From Planktothrix sp. GU0601_MAG3 (GTDB lineage Bacteria; Cyanobacteriota; Cyanobacteriia; Cyanobacteriales; Microcoleaceae): a DNA stretch of 64,000 nt. Shown piece by piece: positions 12,523-23,747 of this stretch (positions within the stretch are counted from its first letter, which is position 1; every line of letters starts with the position of its first letter). Made by a program: the position numbers and the translations under genes. Below the pieces are notes generated by a model. That model searched no databases and was not told where the DNA came from. It saw nothing but the letters and a program-made list of their open reading frames with translations. The DNA lies in contig CP136572.1 of NCBI GenBank assembly GCA_035193785.1, positions 4,532,578 through 4,596,577 of the forward strand. The letters run 5' to 3'.

Positions 12523-12605
12523 GTCAAAAGTATAAGTAGTGTGAGCGTCCTCGCTCGCTAGGGTGCATAGTTTAAATACTTATTAACAACCTTAAACAAA
12601 CAAAA

Positions 12606-12636
12606 AAAAATCTCCACCATAACGGCGGAGATTTTT
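12606..12636. terminator. Probable bidirectional intrinsic terminator between the convergent WD40 gene and psaI
   Basis: AAAAATCTCC..GGAGATTTTT inverted repeat with A/T tails. Confidence 0.6.
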
Positions 12637-12655
12637 AGTAAATCAAAAACAAAAA

Positions 12656-12772
12656 TTAGGCTTCGCTTTCAATGTGGATGAATAATAAACCCATTACCAC
12701 AACTGGCATTAACCAGCAAACCACGGGAATTAAAATCCAAGGTAAAAAAGAAGCTGCGTATGCTCCGGTCAT
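12656..12772 (-). CDS. psaI: Photosystem I subunit VIII
   Basis: [38 protein letters not shown], downstream of psaL. Confidence 0.95.
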   Translation of the reverse strand: MTGAYAASFLPWILIPVVCWLMPVVVMGLLFIHIESEA

Positions 12773-12827
12773 ATCAAATTCTCCTATTGTAATGTTAGAA
12801 AGTTTTGACGTTTGGCAAAAAGCTAAA

Positions 12828-13301
12828 TTAGCTATTGACAAAGCCTCGGAACATAGAATCAAGTAAACCGAGGTTTTCCAGTAGGAAAAAGGCAACAAAA
12901 GCGCCGCCCGCCGCACCGACGAAGAAACCGCCAGCAAACTGACTCCAACCTTCAGAGGTTTGGAGAGAATCGCCAGTATTTGAATCGCCTTTTTGGAAAG
13001 AAACTAATCCGTAAGCAGATAAACAAATTGTGGCAATCAAAATTAAGGCAATGCCTGAGATTAATCCACCTAAATTAGCCGCGCTGGGATGATCGCGTAA
13101 TGGCCCAAGTTTGATCCAGGGCCCGACTAAAAAGTAACCGTGAGCCATACCGACTTCTAAACCCCGGAGTAAAGGAGATAAACCTTTACGGTAGGCGGGT
13201 AAATTCCCGATAAAAGCACGGGTAAAATCGGAATCGCTGATAGGCGTGGACAAATGGCCGACAAATGGATCGCCATTATAGGGTTTAATCAATTCTGCCA
13301 T
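12828..13301 (-). CDS. psaL: Photosystem I subunit XI
   Basis: [42 protein letters not shown]. Confidence 0.97.
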   Translation of the reverse strand: MAELIKPYNGDPFVGHLSTPISDSDFTRAFIGNLPAYRKGLSPLLRGLEVGMAHGYFLVGPWIKLGPLRDHPSAANLGGLISGIALILIATICLSAYGLVSFQKGDSNTGDSLQTSEGWSQFAGGFFVGAAGGAFVAFFLLENLGLLDSMFRGFVNS

Positions 13302-13503
13302 GGGGTTTCTTTCTCCTCTAATTATTGAAGAACTTGTAGCAGTTATTAAGCTCATATTTTACGCAGGGATAGGTGATCTCGTTACCAAAATGAGCATAAG
13401 CTTCAAAAAAGTTCACATCTCCCCGTCGGGGGGTATATCTGATGTCAAGGCGAGGATTAACAAAACAGGTTAAGATTTAACCAATTATTGAGGAACTAGG
13501 ATC

Positions 13504-13951
13504 ATGAATCACCGACTAAAATCTCTTAGCTATGCCATGTTTGGGGCGATCGCATCAACAATGTTCGCCACCTCTGTCAAAGCTGAAACCCATGTTTAAG
13601 GACTATCCCACCACCTATCAACCCTTTGCGGAAGAATTTATGCGGGCGGCCTCGAGAACCTCTGGGGATGTGTTTAAAAATAAATCCTTACTGGGTCAAA
13701 TGTCTACCTATTTAGGAGTTAGTTTTCCTTGGCCCAACGGTATCAATGGTTTTCCCGAAACCCTAATGACCAATGACGCCCGACTGGTGAATCAAGTGTA
13801 TCGGGATGGAATGCTGCGCCAAACCAGTAGCGACCCGATTATTCGTACAGCCGATTTAATTAATCCCTACAACACCTCGATTCTGAACCAATCCACATAT
13901 CGGGATCTTGACCTTCAAACCTCCCCAGGATTGCCTGTACAACGTCGCTAA
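13504..13951 (+). CDS. Secreted cyanobacterial hypothetical protein (apparent frameshift at GAAAC 13585-13589)
   Basis: ATG 13504 with RBS encodes a signal peptide that joins the 13532 ORF frame (..SSDPIIRTADLINPYNTS) after a -1 correction. Confidence 0.6.
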
Positions 13952-14098
13952 GGCGATTCACAGGTCTGTTTCCATAAAAAAACTGCCGATCTTCCAGATC
14001 AGCAGTTAATTGGATAAGCTCCTTTTTTTGTAGAATCCCAAGTCTATAGACTCAAAAATACTTTTTTTGCTCCCATATTCAAGAATATAGTTTCGGAG

Positions 14099-14605
14099 TT
14101 AATCATTTGTGGTAGGGGTCAAATGACGTCCCATAATCACTAAATCTCGCTCAATTCCATCTAAATCAGCAACTCTGGGTAAATAGCCCCATTGTTCAAA
14201 ATCAAAGCGTTTAAATAATTCTAAACTGGGTTGATTGTGGGCAAAAATTAACGCCAGTAAAGCTTTTAATCCCAAACTAGGACTACGATGCACCGCTTGG
14301 GCTAATAGTCTTTTTCCGATTCCCTGACCTTGATATTCAGGATGAACATAAATACTCACTTCCGCCGTGCTGTTATAAGCTGGACGGTTATAAAAGACTT
14401 GGAAACTCAACCATCCTAGAATTTGTTCATCTAACTCGATTACCCAAACCGGACGAGTTTGAGCTTGATGTTCCTGATACCAAGGAATTCGACTTTCCAC
14501 CGATATCATTTCCAGGTCTGCTGTTGCCATCCGTCCTGGAATCGCGGCATTATAAATATCAACTATCGCGGGTAAGTCCGTCTCAACTGCATCCCGAATT
14601 TTCAT
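14099..14605 (-). CDS. GNAT N-acetyltransferase (phosphinothricin acetyltransferase-like)
   Basis: MKIRDAVETDLPAIVDIYN..AEVSIYVHPEYQGQGIG..NQPSL; the longer ORF-track N-terminus is translated STRR. Confidence 0.85.
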   Translation of the reverse strand: MKIRDAVETDLPAIVDIYNAAIPGRMATADLEMISVESRIPWYQEHQAQTRPVWVIELDEQILGWLSFQVFYNRPAYNSTAEVSIYVHPEYQGQGIGKRLLAQAVHRSPSLGLKALLALIFAHNQPSLELFKRFDFEQWGYLPRVADLDGIERDLVIMGRHLTPTTND

Positions 14606-14623
14606 TATTTTTAACAACTGTTT

Positions 14624-14728
14624 GGGAATAGGGTAATGGGTAATGGGTAATGGGTAATGGGTAATGGGTAATAGGTTTTGGGTAATGGGTAATAGGTTTT
14701 GGCTGATAGGTTTTGGGTTTTGGGTAAT
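14624..14728. repeat. STRR heptamer array (GGGTAAT and variants)
   Basis: Tandem GGGTAAT/GGTTTT units. Confidence 0.9.
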
Positions 14729-14944
14729 AGTCATTAATTTTTTAAGTGTTATAATAGTATCAATAATCCCGGGAAATAGGCAATAGGTAATGGACAATGG
14801 GACGTAGGCAATAGTGATTTATTGTCTAAGTGTTCTCATCAGATCAATAGTCATTATCGTTTCCGATTGTTGCTCGTTTATTAAAGATTTTATATCTCCC
14901 CCATCGCCAGATTGTCTATCCCCTATCAATAGCTAAAAAACAAA

Positions 14945-15592
14945 ATGTCTATATTTTTTGTTAATGATGGCGGTAGTGCAATTATCAATATTGGGGGATT
15001 TAACCCGCCTAGTCAAGAATTGGTCACCCAGGGGATTGTTGTCCCTCCCATTATTACTAACCCGGTGTTGGGGGATGTCTATTTTGACTCAACAAAACTG
15101 AGTAATTCCCTTTCACAGCCACAGGTATTATTAGGGACGTCGGGCAATGATATTTTAACCGGAATGGAGGGAAATGATACATTCCAAGGGTTAAAAGGCA
15201 ATGATCTGCTTCAGGGTCAAGGGGGAGATGATATTCTCTTTGGCGGACAAGGCAATGATACCCTAATTGCCGGGTCAGGCAACGATCAATTAAGCGGTGA
15301 CCAGGGACAGGATTTACTCACCGGAAATTCCGGGAATGATATTTTTATTCTTCCCATTAGTGCCGCCGTTAGTAATATGAATACGGTTGATATAATTACG
15401 GATTTTATCGTGGGTGAGGATACAATTGGTTTAACTGAAGGTTTGAATCAAAATAATATTAATCTCATTCCCCTGGTGATTAGTGGAAGTCCAGGCACTT
15501 TAATTTCTGTGATCAATTCTCATCAGTTTTTGGGATTTGTGGCAAATGTCAGCCCCGGAGGTTTGATTAATCAATTTATTACCATTAATTAA
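14945..15592 (+). CDS. RTX-type calcium-binding protein
   Basis: GGxGxD nonapeptide repeats; C-terminal DIITDF..D.IGL. Confidence 0.85.
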   Translation: MSIFFVNDGGSAIINIGGFNPPSQELVTQGIVVPPIITNPVLGDVYFDSTKLSNSLSQPQVLLGTSGNDILTGMEGNDTFQGLKGNDLLQGQGGDDILFGGQGNDTLIAGSGNDQLSGDQGQDLLTGNSGNDIFILPISAAVSNMNTVDIITDFIVGEDTIGLTEGLNQNNINLIPLVISGSPGTLISVINSHQFLGFVANVSPGGLINQFITIN

Positions 15593-15744
15593 AATCAAAC
15601 CCTGAATCGATAGTATAAATTATTATAAAAAATATTATAAAAATCTGAAATTTATGCTATTGATCATCAGAAATATTGACAGTCTTGAATATTTAAACTA
15701 GCTTGAAGTAGGATTCAACATTTTTTACAAAAAAGGAACAACAA

Positions 15745-17627
15745 ATGGCTACTTTCCAAGGAAACAGATTTAGGAGATGTTCTTCAAATCGGTGCTTTTC
15801 CACTAATTACCATTACCAAAGATGGTCAACCTCTGATTCCTCTGATTGCGATTCAAGAATCTGATTTAGCCGGAAATGATACTATCCTTTTATTAAATGG
15901 GCCAGATAAGGCCGATGGCGGAGCCGGAAATGATACCATTGATGCCGGAGCCGGAGACGATAATCCTATTAATAGCGGAGATGGTAATGATAGTATTACC
16001 CTAGGCGATGGCAATGACTATGGGATTGGCGATCTAGGAGATGATATTATCCTCGGTGGAAAGGGGAATGACACCGGTGATGGTGGCAAAGGAAACGATA
16101 TTTTCGATTTGGGAGAAGGAGATGATAACGCCATTGGTGGGGAGGGAAATGATACTTTCTTTGGCGGTTTAGGAACAAATAATCTCGATGGGGGCGATGG
16201 AATTGACTATCTTTCCTATGAAAAAGTCACCCCAACTTCTCCAGCCGGAGCTAATCGAATTACGGCTAATTTAACCACAAAGGGAGAAGTTTTAGATGGG
16301 GGTGGTATTGTGATTGCCACCGATAATATTACTGGGCCGATTGAAAATATAACTGGTGCTCCTGGTATTCCCAATAATCTGACTGGAGCCGGGGGAGATA
16401 ATATTTTAATTGGGGGTGCAGCCAGTGATAATTTGGTTGGAGCCGGAGGAAAAGATACCCTTCAAGGTGGTTTCGCCGATGATTTCTACACCGTTATTAC
16501 AACGGGTAATGGCACCCTAATTCAAGATGCCGGAGGAGCAGCAGACAGTCTTTTTATCCCAGGTGTAACGCTATTACTATCTGGCCCGAGTACAACGGGT
16601 TATGGTTTAGAAAGACAAGGAAAAAATCTCGCTATTGACTTAGATATTGATGGCAAAATTGACCTAACAAAAGATTTACTAATTGTGGATTTTTATGCCG
16701 ATACCACCACAAAAACCGCAGGTATAGGGTTAATTGAAAATGTGGTGAATCTTACAGGTCAAGATATTATTAACTCTAATATTCCCAACACCGCACCCCC
16801 TCCCACCTCTAATATTATCTGGACAACGCCCACCGCCTCCGTGAGTGATCCTGGGCCAGATGTTCCAGCCCCCGGGGGTGGAAATACCACGTTTGTTGAC
16901 CAAGGAATTACATCCTATCTGTTTACCAACGCCGCCGACAATGCCTTTGTCCCGGCCATTGCCAGCAACCTTTATGTTCAAGCCCTGAATGGAAATGATT
17001 TCATCGTTGGAAACCGCATCGGCCGATAATATTAATGGCAATTTAGGGGCTGATACAATTTTAGCTGCTGGGGGTAATGATGGCGATCGCAGTGTAACAA
17101 TTCCAGCCAATACCATCCGCACAGCCATTCGTGGCGGCAAGGGGTCAGATAACCTCGATGGTCAAGAAGGAGATGACCTACTGAATGGCAACCTGGAGAA
17201 TGACACCGTATTAGGAGGTGGGGGAAATGATATTGTTCGGGGTGGTAAAGGTGCAGACATCTTAGATGGGGGTGTGGGCGCAGATTACTTGATTGGAGAT
17301 GCGGATCAGGATAAACTCACGGGAGGAGCCGACGCCGATATTTTTATTCTACCCGGAGTATCCGTCGCCGCCACCAGCTTAAATCAAGCCGACCTAATCA
17401 CCGATTTCCTCGCCGGAACCGATAAAATTATGTTACCTTCGGGGACAACTTTTACCCAACTAACCTTAACGGCCGTTACCGTACAAGTTGATGGTAGTAC
17501 AGCAGTAGCATCCACATCAATTCAATCGGGAACAACCTTTTATGGGTTAGTACAAGGGATAACCCCAGTTCAACTCACCGCAGCCAACTTTATTGCAGAT
17601 GATCCTAATATTACTATTTTAGGATAG
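15745..17627 (+). CDS. RTX-type calcium-binding surface protein (apparent frameshifts at GAAAC 15761 and 17010)
   Basis: ATG 15745 with AAGGA RBS; three successive frames each offset by +1, all with GGxGxD repeats; ends DLITDFLAGTDKI. Confidence 0.8.
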
Positions 17628-17636
17628 ATATAGGTC

Positions 17637-17751
17637 AGAAACTGGGTTTCTTGATTTAGCTTTTTGTTAGTAGCAAAGGTTAACGCAGAAACCCGGTTTC
17701 TCAACTCATCTTTTTGTGATTAACAAAAGTTATTGCAGAAACCCGGTTTCT
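17637..17751. repeat. Three copies of the palindrome AGAAACCCGGTTTCT at a 50-bp period (family also at ~20136-20200, ~21290 and 43619)
   Basis: Copies start at 17637, 17687 and 17737; the intervening segments resemble each other. Confidence 0.8.
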
Positions 17752-17826
17752 TGGATTTTTTGATCCGAACAGAACCATTGACTGCTATAATTAAATCAGC
17801 ATCGTCATCTATCCCCAGACTTAACT

Positions 17827-19687
17827 ATGAGTCAATGCCTTAACCCCGATTGTTTACAAACCAACCTCAAAACCACAAATTTTTGTCAAAAATGCGGTTC
17901 TAAATTACTATTAAAAGAACGATATCGGGCGTTAAATATCTTAGGTCAAGGGGGTTTTGGTCGAACGTTTCAAGCCATTGATGAAGATAAACCCTCTCAA
18001 CCCTATTGTGTAATTAAACAATTTTTACCCCAAGCTCAAGGCACAGATAATCAAGAAAAAGCGGGAGAACTTTTTAAACAAGAAGCCATACAATTAGAAC
18101 AATTAGGCAAACATCAACAAATTCCTGAATTATTCGCCCATTTTATCCAAGATCATCGTCAATATTTAGTTCAAGAATATATTGAAGGACAAAATTTAGC
18201 CCAAGAATTAGCCGAAAACGGGGTATTTTCAGAAACTAAAATTATTAATTTGTTGGGAGATTTATTACCTGTTATAGCGTTTATTCACGAAAAATTAGTA
18301 ATTCATAGAGATATTAAGCCGGAAAATATTATTAGAAGAAAGGGCGATAATAAATTAGTTTTAGTGGATTTTGGAGCAGCTAAAGCAGCCACTATAACGG
18401 CGTTAGCGGTGACAGGAACAGTTATTGGTTCCGCCCAATATACTGCACCCGAACAAGCGATGGGAAAACCCACTTTTGCCAGTGATTTATATAGTTTAGG
18501 AGTAACTTGTATTCATTTATTAACGAATATTGAACCCTTTGATTTATTTGATGTTAGTGAAAGTGATTGGGTGTGGCGAGATTATTTAAAGGTTAAAGTG
18601 AGCGATCGCTTAGGTCAAGTGTTAGATAAACTGCTGCAACAGGGAACAAAAAAACGCTTTCAAACGCCTCAAGAAGTCTTAGACGCTTTACAATTAACAG
18701 TTAAACCAACACCCCAACAGGATATCGAATTAAAGTCAGCTAGAGGGGTTAATTATTATCAATTAGAACAACTTTTGAAAGCCGGAAGTTGGAAAGAAGC
18801 TGACCGAGAAACAGCTAATAAAATGTTAGAAGTAGCAGGAATAACAAAGGAAGGAAAGTTAGATAAAGACTCAATTGATAATTTCCCCTGTGAGGATTTA
18901 CGCACCATTGATCAGTTATGGGTAAAGTATAGTAATGGTCGCTTTGGCTTCAGTGTCCAGAAGCAGATTTGGCTGGAAGTTGGGGGTAAAGTAGACAGGG
19001 AGACAGAATCTAAGTTAGGCAATCGCGTCGGATGGAGAAGGAATGGTAGTTGGAAGAAACTACGATCACCTGACCTTTTCCTTACAAGCTACCGTGGGTC
19101 ACTTTCCGCGTGTGGGTCGTATGTCTATGTTCAACAATGATCAGCGCTGGGCTAGTTTGTTCTTATCTCGCGTCAAGGACTGTAAGCTTACACCGTTACC
19201 GACAACCCAACCAATACCCCAACCTAATATTGAATTAAAGTCAGCTAAAGGTGTGAGTTATCATCAATTAGAACAACTTTTGAAAGCTGGAAAATGGAAA
19301 GAAGCTGACCAAGAAACGGCTCAAAAAATGTTAGAAGTAGCGGGAAGAACAGATAGGGGATGGTTAGATAGAAACTCAATTGACGACTTCCCCTGTGAGG
19401 ATTTACGCACCATTGATCAGTTATGGGTAAAATATAGTGATGGTCGCTTTGGCTTCAGTGTCCAGAAGCAGATTTGGCTAGAAGTTGGGGGTAAAGTAGA
19501 CTATGAGACAGAAGGTAAGTTAGGCGATCGTGTCGGATGGAAAAAGAACGGCCATTGGATGAACTACGAGCACCTGACCTTTTCGTTGCAAGCTCCCTTG
19601 GGTCACCTCCCTCGCGTATTTACGTCTGGTTGGGGCGGGGGTAAGGGTGGTGTTCTTGCGTTGCTTCTCTCGCGTCAAGAACTGTAA
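17827..19687 (+). CDS. Ser/Thr protein kinase with two tandem GUN4-like domains (apparent frameshift at GAAAC 19056-19060)
   Basis: N-terminal Cys motif CLNPDC..FCQKCG, LGQGGFG, HRDIKPEN, DFG, APE; two copies of LKAGxWKEADxET..FPCEDLRTIDQLWVKYSxGRFGFSVQK. Confidence 0.9.
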
Positions 19688-19742
19688 GCTATAACATATA
19701 AGGCTTACAGATTTTCGTAAAGATTTATGACATCGACCGAAT

Positions 19743-20111
19743 GTAGGGGCGGGTTCGCCGGGATTTTTGTTAATAATAATTAACCTAAATAAACCCGCCC
19801 AACCCCATAATATGAATCAATATAAACCCCGTTTTATTAACGTTAAATTTTGGTGAGATGGGGCGGGTTTATCAAGATTATTTGTCAGATTTGAAAGATT
19901 TTGTCGAACCCGCCCCTACGGTTTTTACCGAATGTAGGGGCGGGTTCGTCGGGATTTTTGTTAATAATAATTAACCTAAATAAACCCGCCCAACCCCATA
20001 ATAGGAATCAATATCAACCCGGTTTTATTAACGTTAAATTTGGGTGGGGTGAGGGCGGGTTTATCAAGATTATTTGTCAGATTAGAAAGATTTTGTCGAA
20101 CCCGCCCCTAC
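19743..20111. repeat. Two tandem ~177-bp GTAG-type REP/MITE units
   Basis: Each runs GTAGGGGCGGGTTCG...CGAACCCGCCCCTAC with internal AAACCCGCCC/GGGCGGGTTT; units 19743-19919 and 19934-20111. Confidence 0.85.
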
Positions 20112-20230
20112 GGGTTTTATTTTAATAATTGGGTTAGAAATCGGGTTTCTTAACTGAGCTTTCTGTTAGTAGCAAAGGTTAAGGTAGAAACCCGGTTTTT
20201 AGGAGGCGTGGGTGATCGGAGGTTTGATAA

Positions 20231-20548
20231 ATGAAAAATGATATTTTTGATCAGTTTCTTGGTTTCTTACAAAATTTAGATCAACAAGAAATTAGCTATT
20301 CTCTAGCTCATCATCGGGATGAGGCGATTATGGTGAGTGTTGCGCTTCCTGGGGAGCGTTGGGAAGTTGAATTTTTGAATGATGGATCTGTCGAGATTGA
20401 AAGATTTATTAGTCAAGGCGAAATATCGGGAGAAGAAGCTTTAAACGAATTATTTTCTCGATATTCAGATCCAGAGGATGTTTCTATTGAGACTAATTCA
20501 AATCCTAACTTGGTATCTATGTTCTTAATTCCCAATAATGTCCAATAA
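20231..20548 (+). CDS. Small acidic hypothetical protein
   Basis: 105-aa ORF with GGAGG RBS; overlaps the start of the next gene. Confidence 0.6.
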   Translation: MKNDIFDQFLGFLQNLDQQEISYSLAHHRDEAIMVSVALPGERWEVEFLNDGSVEIERFISQGEISGEEALNELFSRYSDPEDVSIETNSNPNLVSMFLIPNNVQ

Positions 20549-20901
20549 TTTCCAATTTACCGATGAACAAATCTATCAACAAATTGCTCGAATTATCCTG
20601 AGATACAAATTACTAGAATGTGCGGAGTGCGCTGCTGCTATCAAAAACTGGTTAAAGGCGAATCAAATTAATGGCATCCATCTGAAAATAAAACTCGTAG
20701 GTCGGGGATTATTTATTGTTAGTAAGCGTTGGGATGATGGTCAAATATCAATTACCCAAAATGGAACACACTATGGTATTGAAGCAAGAGGTAAAGTCTT
20801 TGATAATCTGTCAACTTTTGGATTAACTAGAGAAACAGTGGATTGCAGATTTTGACTGTCCAAGCGGAAAGTTTATAATAGAAGAAATTGAGAAATTTTA
20901 A
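20538..20901 (+). CDS. Papain-fold toxin domain protein, Tox-PL-2-like (apparent frameshift at GAAAC 20832-20836)
   Basis: LLECAECAAAIKNWL..SITQNGTHYGIE..VFDNL; corrected C-terminus TREQWIADFDCPSGKFIIEEIEKF. Confidence 0.7.
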
Positions 20902-20926
20902 CTGTAATATTTCTGGAGAAAAAAAG

Positions 20927-21274
20927 ATGACTAACCTCTACGAGTTACTCGAAAAAATCAAACAAAAACCAGGAATGTATATTGGCAGTCCTAATATTAA
21001 TAATTTATTGATGTTTTTGTGTGGTTATCAATACGCCTGTGAAGCAATGGAAATTCCTGAAAGCGAACAAGAAACGGAATTTGCACAATTTCAGCCTTGG
21101 TTACAAACCAAATTTGGGGTAAATACCTCTGCATCTTGGGCAAAAATTATTTTACTGTATTCCAGTGATGAAACCGATGCTTTTAAAAACTTCTTTGATT
21201 TATTAACGGAGTTTAGAAATCTACCCAAAGAATCAGAAACAATTAACAAAGAATCATTATCTTTAAAGGTTTAA
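20927..21274 (+). CDS. Hypothetical protein, candidate immunity protein
   Basis: LLEKIKQKPGMYIG..FQPWLQ..SWAKII..AFKNFFDLL; directly downstream of the toxin. Confidence 0.55.
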   Translation: MTNLYELLEKIKQKPGMYIGSPNINNLLMFLCGYQYACEAMEIPESEQETEFAQFQPWLQTKFGVNTSASWAKIILLYSSDETDAFKNFFDLLTEFRNLPKESETINKESLSLKV

Positions 21275-21372
21275 ATGGCTAGTGGTGTTCAGAAACCGGG
21301 TTTCTTAAACGATTAATAATTGAAAGACCGAGCGTGCGACTTTCCCTCCCATTCGTAATTCGTAATTCCCTA

Positions 21373-22419
21373 TCACCCTTTATACAAAAGCATCACATCT
21401 TCCAAGGACATTCGGGACTGTGCCCCCAATGTTAAGGGTGAAATATGACCTCGACTCAGATGGTCTGAGGCGGCACAAGCAATCATAGCGGCGTTATCAG
21501 TACAATATTTTAAAGGCGGAAATAATACCCGCAAATCGTGAATTTTAGCCACCTCTTGCAGATGGTTTCTTAACCCACTATTTGCCGCCACACCGCCCCC
21601 AATAGCAATAGTATCTAATCCAAAATCCAAGGCACAAGCGATCGCCCTTTTGGTTAAACTTTTAGCAACGGTATCTTGAAAACTCGCCGCAATATCGGCA
21701 ACAGGTAACGAGATATTTTCTTTTTTTTCCAAGGTTTGAACTAACCTTAATACCGCCGTTTTTAACCCGCTAAAACTGGAATGATAGGGATGATAACCGC
21801 CATTGGGGAGGGAAATCTTACCTTCAGGTAAGGCAAAGGCTTTCGGGTTGCCCTGGGTGGCTAATTGGTCAATAATTGGCCCCCCCGGATAGCCCAAATT
21901 CAACAACCGGGCTACTTTATCAAAGGCTTCCCCGGCGGCATCATCCATCGTATGTCCCAGGATTTGATAGACCCCGCAATCTTTGACATGAATTAAACTG
22001 GTATGACCCCCCGATACCAATAGACATAAAAACGGTGGCTGAAGACTGGTTTCGGTTAGGTAGCTGGCATAGATATGACCTTCCAGGTGATGAATCCCTA
22101 AAAAGGGTTTATCATGCACCAGAGCTAGGGTTTTAGCGGTGGTAATGCCCGTGATTAATGCCCCCACCAGTCCCGGCGCACAGGTCGCCGCCACCCCATC
22201 AATGGCCGACCAGTCCAAACCTGCGGTTTCTAAGGCTTGGTCAAGGACGGGATTAACCATTTCTAAATGATGACGGGAGGCAACCTCGGGGACAACCCCG
22301 CCATATTGTTGATGGATGGCGATTTGAGAGGCCACAACATTGCTTAAAACTTTACGATTCTTTACAATTGCGACCCCGGTTTCGTCACAACTTGTTTCAA
22401 TTGCTAAAACTGTTGCCAT
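21373..22419 (-). CDS. tsaD: tRNA N6-threonylcarbamoyltransferase subunit TsaD
   Basis: [44 protein letters not shown]. Confidence 0.97.
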   Translation of the reverse strand: MATVLAIETSCDETGVAIVKNRKVLSNVVASQIAIHQQYGGVVPEVASRHHLEMVNPVLDQALETAGLDWSAIDGVAATCAPGLVGALITGITTAKTLALVHDKPFLGIHHLEGHIYASYLTETSLQPPFLCLLVSGGHTSLIHVKDCGVYQILGHTMDDAAGEAFDKVARLLNLGYPGGPIIDQLATQGNPKAFALPEGKISLPNGGYHPYHSSFSGLKTAVLRLVQTLEKKENISLPVADIAASFQDTVAKSLTKRAIACALDFGLDTIAIGGGVAANSGLRNHLQEVAKIHDLRVLFPPLKYCTDNAAMIACAASDHLSRGHISPLTLGAQSRMSLEDVMLLYKG

Positions 22420-22652
22420 TGACTGATAAATTTTATGAAATGATTGGAGCTAACTTTTAGTAGCTTCATCATGGCAGATTTTTTGGGTACAGTGAACAAC
22501 TGAACCTAATAGTCAAATTTGTGCGTGGGTCTTCACCTCGGTTTGAGGGATAACAAACGCTTTGTCCCCAGTTGTTAAGAAGGAGTTCTTAAAAACACCT
22601 TCGGCTCAACGGATGAAAAACGTATTGTTCTGTAACAAAAGGAAACACTTCT

Positions 22653-23144
22653 ATGCGTCGATTGTTAGCTGCTATTCTGGCCCTAGGCTTGTGGATGACC
22701 GTTGTTCCCGCAGCTTCAGCTTATAACTTAGTTCCTTGCTCTGAATCTTCGGTATTTCAGCAACGAGCCAAAACCTCTATATCTGTTGCGGCTAACCCAG
22801 CACAGGCAAAAGCACGCTTTGAGCGTTATTCCCAAGAACTCTGCGGCAAAGATGATGGCTTACCCCATTTAATCGTAGATGGAAGCTTATCTCATGCGGG
22901 AGATTTCTTAATTCCTGGCATTCTGTTCCTGTATATTGCCGGATGGATTGGTTGGGTCGGTCGTTCTTATTTACAATATGCGAGAAAGAGCGAAAACCCC
23001 GCAGAAAAAGAAATTATCATCGATGTTCCTGTGGCTCTGACCTTTATGCTCGGTGGTTTCCTGTGGCCCTTAGCCGCTTTGAAAGAAATGACCACGGGTG
23101 AAATGTACGCCAAAGACGACGAAATCACCGTTTCACCTCGTTAA
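22653..23144 (+). CDS. psaF: Photosystem I subunit III
   Basis: [47 protein letters not shown]. Confidence 0.97.
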   Translation: MRRLLAAILALGLWMTVVPAASAYNLVPCSESSVFQQRAKTSISVAANPAQAKARFERYSQELCGKDDGLPHLIVDGSLSHAGDFLIPGILFLYIAGWIGWVGRSYLQYARKSENPAEKEIIIDVPVALTFMLGGFLWPLAALKEMTTGEMYAKDDEITVSPR

Positions 23145-23319
23145 TTACGGAATTCTTAAACAGAGATTTGGGAAGATTTCAGTTGAATTAATCACCTAAA
23201 TGTTCCCAAATTATCCCATAAACAAAGTTTGTTTATGTTCTAATAATCTTTGTGAATTCTGCTTTCTTTTAACAGATTAATTATTGTTCACACGGTTCTA
23301 AACTTAGGAGAAAACCCCC

Positions 23320-23448
23320 ATGCAGTATTTCCTGAAATATCTTTCAACAGCACCCGTTTTAGCTGCGGCTTTGATGGTGTTTACCGCCGGAGTTTTAATC
23401 GAATTTAATCGCTTTTTCCCCGATTTACTTTTCCATCCTCTCTCTTAA
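23320..23448 (+). CDS. psaJ: Photosystem I subunit IX (not in ORF track)
   Basis: [42 protein letters not shown] with AGGAG RBS, downstream of psaF. Confidence 0.95.
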   Translation: MQYFLKYLSTAPVLAAALMVFTAGVLIEFNRFFPDLLFHPLS

Positions 23449-23460
23449 TCTGGAGCTAAA

Positions 23461-23720
23461 AGGGGAACAGGGAATAGGGAATAGGGAATTACGAATTACG
23501 AATTACGAATTACGAATTACGAATGGGTAATAGCAAGATTCCCCCCCTGCTCCCCTGCTCCCCTGCTCCCCCTGCTCCCCTGCTCCCCCTGCTCCCCTGC
23601 TCCCCCTGCTCCCCTGCTCCCCTGCTCCCCCTGCTCCCCCTGCTCCCCCTGCTCCCCCTGCCCCCCTGCTCCCCCTGCTCCCCCTGCTCCCCCTGCTCCC
23701 CCTGCTCCCCCTGCCCTGCT
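23461..23720. repeat. Composite STRR arrays: (GGGAATA)n, (GAATTAC)n and (CCCCTGCT/CCCCCTGCT)n
   Basis: Tandem 7-9 bp units visible directly. Confidence 0.95.
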
Positions 23721-23747
23721 TTCAACCTGTAAATATATTTTTTATCA

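Noticed and set aside
17637..17751. Mini-CRISPR (15-bp palindrome, 50-bp period), or further GAAAC error sites
   Set aside because: The repeat is too short and the spacers are mutually similar; GAAAC/GTTTC here are symmetric parts of a recurrent palindrome, so they were not counted as errors.
19901..20125. 74-aa ORF, and similar ORFs at 42162-42386 and 43011-43235
   Set aside because: They lie wholly within REP/MITE repeats.
23510..23732. ORFs of 71 and 69 aa on both strands
   Set aside because: They are translations of the CCCCTGCT tandem repeat.
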